From: Solirubrobacteraceae bacterium
GTDB lineage: Bacteria > Actinomycetota > Thermoleophilia > Solirubrobacterales > Solirubrobacteraceae
Direction: 5' to 3'
Assembly: GCA_036501265.1 (NCBI GenBank)
Contig: DASYAP010000172.1
Span: 1 to 58,603 of the forward strand
Length of the DNA stretch: 58,603 bases
Positions within the stretch are counted from its first letter, which is position 1. Every line of letters starts with the position of its first letter. Shown here piece by piece: positions 39,206-48,504 of this stretch. The translations under genes were made by a program, and so were the position numbers. The notes under the pieces are model-generated. The model saw only the letters and a program-made list of their open reading frames with translations, ran no database searches and was not told the origin of the DNA.

Positions 39206-40204
39206 ATGCGAGCGAGTTCGGCGGCTGTCCTCGGGCTACCGAATTATCCCGTGCTCAAGCCTTGGTATCGGCGAGTGCTGCGGGACGATACTGCTCTGTT
39301 CGAGTACGCCGACGTCATCGTCCGGATGGATGGGGCCGCGGTCCGCCAGCTCTTTCCTCGAATCTTTGAGCACCTCGATGGCACCCACGCACTTGAGGAG
39401 GTCATCAACAGCTGCGGAGAGGAGGCTGCGCCAGCAACGCTAAATGCCTTGAAGGAACTGTCGAAGCACGGCCTGCTTATGGAAGGCTCGGTCGGACCGA
39501 CGATCGGTGAGCCTGAGAACGGCGACGTCGCTCTCCACGATGTGGTCAGGCGGCAAGAGACGATCCGGTTTCTTACCGCGACCGCGCCCTTCGAGGCCGC
39601 TTCACCTGCCGAGTCACTTCCGAACCTCAGGCTCGCTGTCGTGGGGTCGGGTGATACAGCGGACGAGGTGCTTCGGTTGTTTCGCGAGTCCTCCGTCTTA
39701 GCGGTCCGCGGTGACTGGGAGGCTTCTTCTGGTGAAGACCACCTGTACGTTGTCGCCCCTGCGCCAGATGAGCTCCCACTGCTTGAGATTTGGAATGCCG
39801 CGGCGTTTGAGCGCAAGCAGTCGTGGGTGCAAGTGCTGCCGTACAACGGTCGATTCGCCGCTGTCGGTCCTCTCTACGTTCCTGGTGAGACCTGTTGCTA
39901 CGCCTGTTTCCTGGTCCGGCGCGCACAGAACTCCGGGTACGCGAGCGAGTTCGGAATCCTTCAGCGTTCGCCAGCGCGCTATCCGATGTCGCCGGCGATG
40001 TCCGCGCTGTTGGCCAGCGCCGCCTGCAATCTCGTTCTCGCCTGGGCGATAGACCCGGCAACGAGACTTGCTGGAACTCTGCATTCGGTCGAGTTTGGCC
40101 GAGAGCTCATTGTTCAGCCTCACTCGGTCTATCGCGCGCCGCGCTGCCCGGTCTGTTCGCCACTTGCTAGACGGGGACAGCCAGCCGTGCTCGCGGAGCA
40201 GTAA
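39206..40204 (+). CDS. TOMM leader-binding/E1-like (ocin-ThiF) cyclodehydratase partner
   Basis: N-terminal RRE-like LDGTH.LEE; VGPLYVPGETCCYACF; PRCPVC. Confidence 0.88.
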   Translation: MRASSAAVLGLPNYPVLKPWYRRVLRDDTALFEYADVIVRMDGAAVRQLFPRIFEHLDGTHALEEVINSCGEEAAPATLNALKELSKHGLLMEGSVGPTIGEPENGDVALHDVVRRQETIRFLTATAPFEAASPAESLPNLRLAVVGSGDTADEVLRLFRESSVLAVRGDWEASSGEDHLYVVAPAPDELPLLEIWNAAAFERKQSWVQVLPYNGRFAAVGPLYVPGETCCYACFLVRRAQNSGYASEFGILQRSPARYPMSPAMSALLASAACNLVLAWAIDPATRLAGTLHSVEFGRELIVQPHSVYRAPRCPVCSPLARRGQPAVLAEQ

Positions 40205-40207
40205 TAC

Positions 40208-41554
40208 GTGACCCCCGTCGCTTCGAGCAGGGGCCTTTCAGGAGCGACATCCTTGGATGTTTCGCTGGAGCGCCTCACCAGGCTGGTGTCTGAGTACACG
40301 GGAGTGGTGCATCGTGTTGCCGAGGTGTCTTCCTCACCGGATGACCCGCCGATGGTCGAGTTCGTGGCTGAGCTGCCTGAGCTGAACCCGGGAGTCGAGG
40401 AGTCACGAAGTGTTCGATACACAGGAGCATCCGGAGTTCATCGCGGAGCGACGCTCGCTGCGACCCTTGGCGAAGCAGCGGAGCGCTACTCGCTCCAATT
40501 CGTTCCGTCGGATGCCGTCGAATTCGGTAGTGCAAGTGAGTTAGGGGAACGATGCGTCGATACGGCCGGCTTCGCATTGTTCTCCGAAGATCAGTATCGG
40601 CGCGCTGACTTCCCGTTCCAGCCCTTCACGAAGGACTCGCGGATTCTCTGGACTCGAGCAATCAGCCTTCCATCCGGGGCAGAAGCTCTCGTACCTGCTC
40701 AAATCGCGTACCTCTACGACACGAGATTGAACCCGGGAGAGGATCCGATTTCGTACTCGACGACGAACGGAGCGGCTTGTGGTGCAAGCCGGGACGAGGC
40801 TCTCCTTGCGGCTCTGTTCGAGGTCGCCGAACGTGACGCGCTGATGCTCGCCTGGCATCGCGAACTCATAGCGCCGCTCGTCGTTCCAGACGATACGGAG
40901 AGTCGCGACCTGGAGCACGAATTCTTCGGGGGTGTGTCCTGCCACCACGACGTCATCGACCTGACCGGCGTGATGGGAATCCCGACCGCCCTCGCGCTGG
41001 TCTGGGGAGGCGAATTCGATCTGGTTGCCGTCGCCGCCGGCGCCGGCGCCGGGCCGACGCTGCGCGTCGCCTGGCGAAAGGCGCTCTGCGAGGCATACCG
41101 CGCGCGTCGCTTCACGCGGCAAAACCTCGGTGGCTCCTCGGTCAATACCTCAGATCCACACACGATCAGGGACTTTGTGGACCATGCCATCTACTACGCG
41201 GAGCCCGCGAATGCGGCCGCTGCGCGGTTCCTGGCTTCAAGCTCAAAGGTGACCCCCATCTCCAGTGCGCCCGGGCTCTCGGCTTCATCTGTGCCGGACA
41301 TGGTTGATGAGGTCGTCGAGTTGATCTGCCGTCAAGGCGGGGAAGTCCTCGCGGTCGACGCGACGTCGGCCGACGTTCGCGACGCTGGTATCTCGATCAT
41401 GCGCGCGATCGTGCCGCAGTTCTGCGGGATATCGGCGGTCTACGGTTGGGAGTTCCTCGGGAGTTCGCGCCTTCTCGATCCAGATGTATGTGATCACTTC
41501 GCGAGTGGGCGTGCGCCGGGCACCCTGAATCTTCTACCGCACCCCTATCCGTAG
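40208..41554 (+). CDS. YcaO cyclodehydratase
   Basis: GEAAERYS; STTNGAACG; EVAERDA; C-terminal PHPYP. Confidence 0.92.
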   Translation: MTPVASSRGLSGATSLDVSLERLTRLVSEYTGVVHRVAEVSSSPDDPPMVEFVAELPELNPGVEESRSVRYTGASGVHRGATLAATLGEAAERYSLQFVPSDAVEFGSASELGERCVDTAGFALFSEDQYRRADFPFQPFTKDSRILWTRAISLPSGAEALVPAQIAYLYDTRLNPGEDPISYSTTNGAACGASRDEALLAALFEVAERDALMLAWHRELIAPLVVPDDTESRDLEHEFFGGVSCHHDVIDLTGVMGIPTALALVWGGEFDLVAVAAGAGAGPTLRVAWRKALCEAYRARRFTRQNLGGSSVNTSDPHTIRDFVDHAIYYAEPANAAAARFLASSSKVTPISSAPGLSASSVPDMVDEVVELICRQGGEVLAVDATSADVRDAGISIMRAIVPQFCGISAVYGWEFLGSSRLLDPDVCDHFASGRAPGTLNLLPHPYP

Positions 41555-41562
41555 GCGGAAGA

Positions 41563-42402
41563 ATGACTGACCAACCACTCACGAGCTGGCCGAGCGCCAC
41601 AGGACTGGGTCACGAGCACGACGATGACCTGGCGGAGGCCTTTCACACGGCGTCGAAGTTTGCTCGCAGCACCCACCCTCAGATGGTGGCCGCTACTCGA
41701 AGCCTCACCCCCCTCGACTGGCGTGCACGGTACGCCAGGGCAACGACCCGTCGCCTGACGCATCGTTCAATCCGGCTGCCCGCACGCCGCGAGTTGTCAA
41801 TGCCGCTTGGCGCAGCGCTCAAGATGCGACAGACCTGCCAGCATTTCTCAGGACGTCAACTCTCGTTAGAGGGGCTCGCCGCTCTCTTGCATTCAGGGTA
41901 TGGGCCGCTAATCCGTAGCACGGGGTCAGCTGAGGGTGAATATGCCCCGCATCGAACCGTCCCGTCGGCTGGGGCGCTATTCCCTCTAGAGGTGTACGTA
42001 GCTGTGTTTCGCGTCTCTGACCTCGCGGGTGGTCTCTACCACTTCGTCCCAAATGAGGAGACGCTGACCCCGCTGAGGTTGGATGACGTCGTTGAGAAGG
42101 CGGTTGTCTCCAGATTTGTCGACGCAGAAAAGATTCGCGGAAGTGCGGCCATCGTCTTGGTCACCAGCGTGTTCGAGCGATCGCGCTTCAAGTACGGTTT
42201 GCGCGGATATCGCTTCGCCTTGCTTGAAGCGGGTCACCTCGGGCAGAACATCGCGCTCGCGGGGGCTGCCCTTGAAATCGGGGTCATGCCGATCGGAGGA
42301 ACCTGGGACGACGAGATCGAGAAACTTCTCGGCGTCGACGGCATCAACGAAGCTCTCGTCTATGCCTTCGCCATTGACGGCGAGGCCGAGCCAACGTCGT
42401 AG
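41563..42402 (+). CDS. SagB/ThcOx FMN-dependent azoline dehydrogenase
   Basis: RTVPSAGALFPLE; KYGLRGYRFALLEAGHLGQN. Confidence 0.92.
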   Translation: MTDQPLTSWPSATGLGHEHDDDLAEAFHTASKFARSTHPQMVAATRSLTPLDWRARYARATTRRLTHRSIRLPARRELSMPLGAALKMRQTCQHFSGRQLSLEGLAALLHSGYGPLIRSTGSAEGEYAPHRTVPSAGALFPLEVYVAVFRVSDLAGGLYHFVPNEETLTPLRLDDVVEKAVVSRFVDAEKIRGSAAIVLVTSVFERSRFKYGLRGYRFALLEAGHLGQNIALAGAALEIGVMPIGGTWDDEIEKLLGVDGINEALVYAFAIDGEAEPTS

Positions 42403-42405
42403 GCG

Positions 42406-43899
42406 ATGCGTGATGCACTTGCCTTCCGGGTCTGGCTGATCTTTCTCGGCGTGCAAGGAGCCATCGCCGGTCTCGCTCTCGCCATCGGCGAGCCGGCGCA
42501 CGAGACGCACGTCCAGGCCCTCGGACTCCTTATCGGAGTATTTGTCGGGGCCATCTGGTTCTTCGTTCATCGAGTCCGATCAGTCCGCTCCCGGATGCTT
42601 TGGACCGTCTCAGGATTACGTCAAGCAGGCCGAGTGCAGGCGGTGTTACTTCTCGCCGTCGCTGTGATCGCGATCGTAGAGGAGGTGGTGTGGCGCGGAG
42701 TTGTGTTCACGCTGACGTCTCGTAGCTTCGGCCTGGTGCTCGGGATCGCCATTTCGTCCCTCTTCTTCGGCTTTGCTCATGTGAGTCTCCAGCGTGGTCG
42801 TGCTGCTTTCAGACACGGTATGACTGGCGCCACCTTCGCCAGCGTCTATATCGCGACGCAGAGTCTGGGTGCTGCCGTGCTTGCCCACTGTGCCTGGAAC
42901 TCGCTCACCGTCCTCGAGCGCCACGGAAGTAGAGTCGGCGCGTCGCACCCCGGCGGCCTAGGCTCCCAGAGCGACAGCAGGGCATCAACCGCAAACCGGC
43001 TTTCTGGACGAAGCCACGCCGTCCCCTTTGCGGAACTGCAAGACGCCTCGAAGCGCTTCAGCGGTGTCAGCGCATTGCTAAGCGTCTCGTTCAAGCTGAA
43101 TCCTGGGGAGATCGTCGGGCTTATAGGTCCCAACGGGGCCGGGAAAACGACGGCTCTGACTGCGCTAGTCGGGCTGCTTGATCTCGACACGGGGCGCGCG
43201 CGCTTGTTCGACGAAGATCCGCGTTCCTGCCAAGCGCGAAGGCGACTAGGGATTGCTTGGAACGAAACCGATTTTCCGCCAGCGATGTCCGTACTTGAGA
43301 TCATCGAGTTCGTAGCAGCGCACTTCCCCACAGCAGAGGATGTTGGAGAGCTTCTGCGACGGTTCGGCTTAGCGGATTGTGCCGACAGACGGCCAATTAA
43401 GTTGAGCACGGGCCAAAGGCGCCGACTCGCAGTGGCCCTCGCTTTTGTTGGCTATCCGAGTCTGCTGATTCTCGACGAGCCCACCGCGAACCTTGATCGT
43501 GCTGGAAGACAAGAGGTTTGGCGCGCCATGCGCGAAGCAAGCAGCCGCGGTGCTGCCGTGGTTTTCACAACGCAGCATCTTTACGAGGCCCAGGCGCTCG
43601 CAGATCGAATTATCGTCGTGGTTGAGGGCCAGCTTGTCACGCAGTCGTCACCGCGGACGCTCGTCTCAACCTTGTCGCGGGAGATCTCGATCCGGCCTCT
43701 CAAGACCGCACTACCGCCGCTCACCGCGATCGATCGAGTCGAGGAGACGCAGAGCAACACGATCCTCCATGTTAAGAATCCAGACGAAGCGATTCGACAG
43801 CTCGTCCAGGCTGGCGTCCCTTTCCAGGGATTGACAACCCTACCGCCCAATCTCGAGGAGCTCACCCGCGATGATGGAAACAACGGTCGAAGCGGCTGA
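42406..43899 (+). CDS. CPBP/CAAX (Abi) intramembrane protease fused to an ABC ATPase
   Basis: EEVVWRG, FGFAH, HCAWN, then GPNGAGKT, LSTGQ, LDEPT in one frame. Confidence 0.85.
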   Translation: MRDALAFRVWLIFLGVQGAIAGLALAIGEPAHETHVQALGLLIGVFVGAIWFFVHRVRSVRSRMLWTVSGLRQAGRVQAVLLLAVAVIAIVEEVVWRGVVFTLTSRSFGLVLGIAISSLFFGFAHVSLQRGRAAFRHGMTGATFASVYIATQSLGAAVLAHCAWNSLTVLERHGSRVGASHPGGLGSQSDSRASTANRLSGRSHAVPFAELQDASKRFSGVSALLSVSFKLNPGEIVGLIGPNGAGKTTALTALVGLLDLDTGRARLFDEDPRSCQARRRLGIAWNETDFPPAMSVLEIIEFVAAHFPTAEDVGELLRRFGLADCADRRPIKLSTGQRRRLAVALAFVGYPSLLILDEPTANLDRAGRQEVWRAMREASSRGAAVVFTTQHLYEAQALADRIIVVVEGQLVTQSSPRTLVSTLSREISIRPLKTALPPLTAIDRVEETQSNTILHVKNPDEAIRQLVQAGVPFQGLTTLPPNLEELTRDDGNNGRSG

Positions 43900-44653
43900 A
43901 CAGATCGAGATCGAGGAGTTTCGGGAGTGGCGAGAGCAGGCCCGTCTGTTCGTGCTCCACTGGGAGAACAGTGTGATCTCTCTTGCTCGCTCGCCTACTT
44001 ATCTTTTGAGCACAGTCGGCATGCCGATCATGTTCTTCTATTTCTTCATTGCCCCACGCGCCTACAGCACTGTGCAGATGAAGCTTCTTATCGCAACATT
44101 CGCCGCCTTCGGAGTCCTTGCCGTCGTGTTCGTGCAGTTTGGTAGCACGACGTCGCGTAACCGGGAGTCATCGTGGGAACGGTTCCTGCGCACGCTGCCA
44201 ATCGATCCTGCGGTCAGGCTCTTCGCCGGGATCTGCACAGCCCTTACCTTCTCCGTCATATCGATCACGGCGGTCACCATCACCGCGATGCTCACCGTCC
44301 ATGTTGTGTTCACGCCGCTGCAATTCCTCACCATGCTGGCAACTCTGCTGGTCGGGGCAGTCCCCTTCGGCTTGCTGGCCTTCGCCATCGCTTACTGGGT
44401 GAAGTCGACGTCGGTAACACCGGTGATGAACACGGTGTATCTACTGCTCGCGCTAGTGGGTCTTTGGGATCGCCCGCTGCCGGGGGCGCTGAGGGTCGTC
44501 GGCACTTACCTCCCGACTCATCAATGGATGCTCCTTGTCTGGTATCCGCTGGTCGGGCGCGCCTGGCCCATCGGCGCTGCGGCGATCCTGGTCGCGCAGG
44601 GCCTCGCCTTTGGGATCCTCGCCAGGCAGGGATTCAAGCGCGGTCAGTCGTAG
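43871..44653 (+). CDS. ABC-2 type permease
   Basis: About 6 TM; RESSWERFLRTLP; YLPTH. Confidence 0.85.
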   Translation: MMETTVEAAEQIEIEEFREWREQARLFVLHWENSVISLARSPTYLLSTVGMPIMFFYFFIAPRAYSTVQMKLLIATFAAFGVLAVVFVQFGSTTSRNRESSWERFLRTLPIDPAVRLFAGICTALTFSVISITAVTITAMLTVHVVFTPLQFLTMLATLLVGAVPFGLLAFAIAYWVKSTSVTPVMNTVYLLLALVGLWDRPLPGALRVVGTYLPTHQWMLLVWYPLVGRAWPIGAAAILVAQGLAFGILARQGFKRGQS

Positions 44654-44689
44654 AAGACCCAGTGGCGGCAAGACAAACAGTTTCAGCCG

Positions 44690-45949
44690 TTAACGCCTTA
44701 ACACGACGGGCTCATACGACTCGTCCAATCTCACCCGGGCGTTGGGCCAGCAGATCTCCAACCCCGCTGCGGTCTCCTTGAGCTCTGCGCCTCGCTCGGT
44801 CATAGACGCGCGCCAGTCTCTTACCGCCTCGTGGTCCCAAACATCCTTGAATCGGAACCCGAAGCGCTGCTGGAAGCGGTGAAAATCGATCGAAGCGCTC
44901 CCGACGTTAAAGGCCATTCGACTCAGAATCAGGCTCAGTCCTCCCGTATCGGGGAGGTACCTGATAGCGGAATCGAATGTGGTCGGGTCGCTGATGTAGC
45001 GTCCAAGTCCGCCGCGATGATTGCTGAGCAGGTGATGGCCGACACTTGAATGTGCGCCACTACCGAACCCAAAGTGGTCGCCCCGAAGCTGAAAGTAATA
45101 GTCCTCGGCCATGAACGGGGACGCGCCGTCGCGGGCAAAGTACATCGGCATGTACTCCCGATAGCCGGCCGCTAGCAAGGCAGCTTGCCCGCGATGAAAG
45201 AGCTCAGCGCGCTCGGCATAGGAGTTGCGTGAGCGTTTGCCTTCCTGAATCTGGCGCGCCATCACGGTAGGCGCCGAGTCACTGTAGACGTAGAGAGTGA
45301 CGTGGTCCGGTTCCAACGCACAACACCGCTCTATCGTCGCATCCAGCATCGTCTCGGTCTGGTTCGGAAAGCCGGCGATGAAGTCCAGGTTGATGTTCGA
45401 GAATCCAGCCTCTCGCGCGAGCTTGAATGCGTCTGCGGCCTGCTCAGCCGAGTGCGCTCGCCCAGCATGGCGAAGCTCATCATCGATAAACGATTGAACA
45501 CCGATACTGAGCCGATTGAAGCCAGAGTCCAACAGTGCAAATAGCTTGCTCGATGTCAGGGTCTCAGGACTGCTCTCGACCGTCGCCTCGCTGACACCTC
45601 CTAGATCGAATGCTCTTGCTGTGGCAGAGGCGATCTGCGTGATCTGCCCGGCTGAAAGGCTTGACGGTGTTCCTCCGCCCCAGTAGAGGTACCTCGGGAC
45701 ATAGCCGAGAGCAGTGAGTGCGGGTCCGTAGGCACGGAGCTGCTCGCAAACGGCATTGGTGTACAGCGCCTGCACCGAGTCGTCTGCCCGTAACTCCGCC
45801 ACTGAGATGCCGACGACCCAATGGCAGAAGCTGCACTTGCTACTACAAAACGGGACGTGGATGTATACGAGGAGGTCTTTAGGCTCGGAGGGACCCGGCG
45901 AGTCCAGCTCTCGTGACAGTGCGGCGACTACCTCCTCGAGCCGGGGCAC
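44690..45949 (-). CDS. HemN-like class C radical SAM (TbtI-like methyltransferase) 1
   Basis: YIHVPFCSSKCSFCHW; YWGGGTPS; RLSIGVQSF; GFGSGAHS. Confidence 0.85.
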   Translation of the reverse strand: MPRLEEVVAALSRELDSPGPSEPKDLLVYIHVPFCSSKCSFCHWVVGISVAELRADDSVQALYTNAVCEQLRAYGPALTALGYVPRYLYWGGGTPSSLSAGQITQIASATARAFDLGGVSEATVESSPETLTSSKLFALLDSGFNRLSIGVQSFIDDELRHAGRAHSAEQAADAFKLAREAGFSNINLDFIAGFPNQTETMLDATIERCCALEPDHVTLYVYSDSAPTVMARQIQEGKRSRNSYAERAELFHRGQAALLAAGYREYMPMYFARDGASPFMAEDYYFQLRGDHFGFGSGAHSSVGHHLLSNHRGGLGRYISDPTTFDSAIRYLPDTGGLSLILSRMAFNVGSASIDFHRFQQRFGFRFKDVWDHEAVRDWRASMTERGAELKETAAGLEICWPNARVRLDESYEPVVLRR

Positions 45950-46055
45950 ATCATGTTCCTTCCGAGATTCCTGGTGATCGAAACGTTAAAGCCGTCGCGA
46001 CCAGACGTTTTCTTACCCGTCGCTCGGGGCCGGCCTCAATGAAGAGCGCCGACCG

Positions 46056-47036
46056 TTAGAGGTAGCCAAAGTGTGTCGCGAGCAGGGAGACGCGCTCTCG
46101 CAGTTCACCGGGTAAAAGCCATGAGTCGAACTGGATGACTTGCGATGGATCCGTCGAGAGCCGGTGCAGTGTCGGGTCGCTCAAGAACAGCCAGTCGTTC
46201 CCTCCGCGGGCAGACTTGGGGCCGAGGTTCGCATAGACCGAATTCTCCGGATGCAGCATCCCGTCTATAGCGTCGTCGTCGGCTCGCAGTCCGAGCCAGC
46301 GGGCTAACTCGACGCAATGTGGCCTCGGGGAGGAAAGCAGATCTTCCCCCCGGAGTCGAAGGAGTGCAGTCGCGGGTAGCACGGATTGGAAGGCGCAGAT
46401 GTTCTCGTGCATCGAGGCCCAGGTGGACGCGGCGAGAGCCGTGTGCGCATTCTCTCTTCCCGCCATGTACATACGGCCAAGATGTCGGGCGATCGAGCGG
46501 ATGGCAGTGTCAGGGCTTCGAGTCAGATGGATGAAGCGTGCTCGCGGGTAATGGCGCGCGACGCGAATCAAGGAATGGAGGTCCCGTGCCGTGTCGGGCG
46601 ACTTCTCGACACCCCGGCGCGGGGCGATTCGATTCAGGAGGCTGTCGAAGATCTCTGCGCCGGTCCGCGTCGCGCGCTCATCGATCCATTCCTGGGCAAG
46701 TCTTATAGTCGCATCCGACTGCGACCCGAATTCCAGTTCAGCGACTGCACGCTTCAGTCCGGCGTGGTGGAAGTCGTACACCTCCCGCGCTTCGTTCGGC
46801 TGTGCGCGTAGCGTCTCCTCGAGGGTCTCTCCGGTGAAGAGGACGAGTTCAGGGAAGCCGTACAGGTCAGGGTGCTGCCCGAGCATTGTTGCGACTACCG
46901 AAGAGAAAGAGCGGATTGGTGATAAGACGAAGACCGGAGCGTGGGCCAGGGGATCTCGGACGCCGGCAGGCGGCCGGTCATCTTCCCTCATCTCAACACG
47001 GACCTCATTCACAGGCCGGTCATTGCTTCCAAACAC
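46056..47036 (-). CDS. PAPS-dependent sulfotransferase
   Basis: PVFVLSPIRSFSSVVATMLGQHP; VEKSP; FIHLTRSP; RLRGEDLL. Confidence 0.82.
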   Translation of the reverse strand: MFGSNDRPVNEVRVEMREDDRPPAGVRDPLAHAPVFVLSPIRSFSSVVATMLGQHPDLYGFPELVLFTGETLEETLRAQPNEAREVYDFHHAGLKRAVAELEFGSQSDATIRLAQEWIDERATRTGAEIFDSLLNRIAPRRGVEKSPDTARDLHSLIRVARHYPRARFIHLTRSPDTAIRSIARHLGRMYMAGRENAHTALAASTWASMHENICAFQSVLPATALLRLRGEDLLSSPRPHCVELARWLGLRADDDAIDGMLHPENSVYANLGPKSARGGNDWLFLSDPTLHRLSTDPSQVIQFDSWLLPGELRERVSLLATHFGYL

Positions 47037-47066
47037 GCCGGGCGGATGTCTGTCGAAGATGTCGGC

Positions 47067-48314
47067 TCAATTGATGTGCGCCAGAAAGGTCATCAGGTGC
47101 GGCCAGAGCGTCTCTCGAGCCCGCTCGTCGATTGAGTTGTGGCCGGAGGCCAGGGGCTCGTAAGGGAAGAGAGTGCCGATCAGGTGGCCGGCATTAGGCG
47201 AGCGGTAGAGAACGTGGCGGTATCGGTCCTGGTGTGAATCAAGCCGCTTCATGATGGCGTTCGCGTACAAGCACGAGGGCGAGACTTGATCGTCGCCGGC
47301 GCATGCGAGGAAGACCGGCCCACGGACTCGCTCGATCGGAATGATTGCAGCGGGATCATCGGTCGGGCGGACGTCGCCGAGCTCGTGTGAATACGGCAAG
47401 GCCCGTCCGTCCAACGTCCACGCGGGCCCGCTACACCCGGGATACGAGCAGAGAGCAACACTATCCGGAACCGATCCAATCACGCCGTTGACTAGGGCGG
47501 GGTAATGCACCGCGAGAAGGAAGGCGGCTTCGCTTCCCCTCGAGATTCCGAGCACGATGACTTGTTTCTGGCCAACGTGGGGCTGAGCTCTTAACCAACC
47601 GAGCGCTTTGACGAAGTACTCCAGCGGGATGCTCTCCAGCGTCGTCGGTAGACCGGGCTCACCAAAATAGGCAACGTCCACAGACGGGTATCCGCGAGCG
47701 GCCAGGAAGGCGCCCAACAAGCCGGCGGCCTCGCCTCCATTTGAGCCGCCGATGATGAGAATCGCCGGCCGCTTGCCACTGACGGTGGGTAACCAGTACT
47801 CACCGATGAACCCGACCTGATTCAGTCGTAGGCGCTGGAGACGGATTGGATTTGGGGAGAACCGTCGCAAGAAGGTGGCGGAGGCGACGCGTCTGCCGTC
47901 AAGCCGCACAGCTAGCGTAAAGGTCTCCGCCGGACCCCAGAAGTAGGCTGCCTCTGAGGCCTTCGATGGCCGCATCGAGGTTAGAAGCCCCATCCCCCAT
48001 TCTCCCGAGTAGCTGCCGGCTACTGGCGCGTCGCGATTGAGATCCAGCTCGCCATCTGGGCCAACTCGGAACAGGGCAGATGACGACCAGATGACGTGGT
48101 GGTAGTCGACGGAACGCAGATCAACGCGCGCCTTAGCTCCGGGCCGTAGTCCTCTGACGGCAATCCGAACAGCTTCGTCGGCGACTGACGAAATTGGCGT
48201 TACGTCGATTGTGACCGGCCCCTTTGAGCTCGCAGGGGTCGATCCTCCGCAGGAGAGTGTGCTCAGTGCTGCGACCATGACGACAGGGACGGCCAATCCC
48301 CAGCGGCCCGACAT
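47067..48314 (-). CDS. BAAT/acyl-CoA thioesterase-family alpha/beta hydrolase, lipoprotein-like signal
   Basis: LSC lipobox-like; GMGLL.SM.P; GGSNGG; GISRG; AGH. Confidence 0.82.
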   Translation of the reverse strand: MSGRWGLAVPVVMVAALSTLSCGGSTPASSKGPVTIDVTPISSVADEAVRIAVRGLRPGAKARVDLRSVDYHHVIWSSSALFRVGPDGELDLNRDAPVAGSYSGEWGMGLLTSMRPSKASEAAYFWGPAETFTLAVRLDGRRVASATFLRRFSPNPIRLQRLRLNQVGFIGEYWLPTVSGKRPAILIIGGSNGGEAAGLLGAFLAARGYPSVDVAYFGEPGLPTTLESIPLEYFVKALGWLRAQPHVGQKQVIVLGISRGSEAAFLLAVHYPALVNGVIGSVPDSVALCSYPGCSGPAWTLDGRALPYSHELGDVRPTDDPAAIIPIERVRGPVFLACAGDDQVSPSCLYANAIMKRLDSHQDRYRHVLYRSPNAGHLIGTLFPYEPLASGHNSIDERARETLWPHLMTFLAHIN

Positions 48315-48504
48315 TCCGAGCGGATTCCTTCCACGAGCGCAATCGTTGAAACGAGACCCGATTGTCGCAGGCGACGATTCCCCGGAAACCCGCTCCGCCG
48401 GGCTGGAATGCCCTGCACCTCACTTTGCCGCACGGGAGACTCACTCGAACGCGAGGCGCTGTCCTCCCGGGTTTGGCTGGTCGGCTCCCTCGGAATAAGG
48501 AAGT

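Noticed and set aside
38913-44653. Thiopeptide cluster call
   Set aside because: No split LanB dehydratase or [4+2] cyclase is present.
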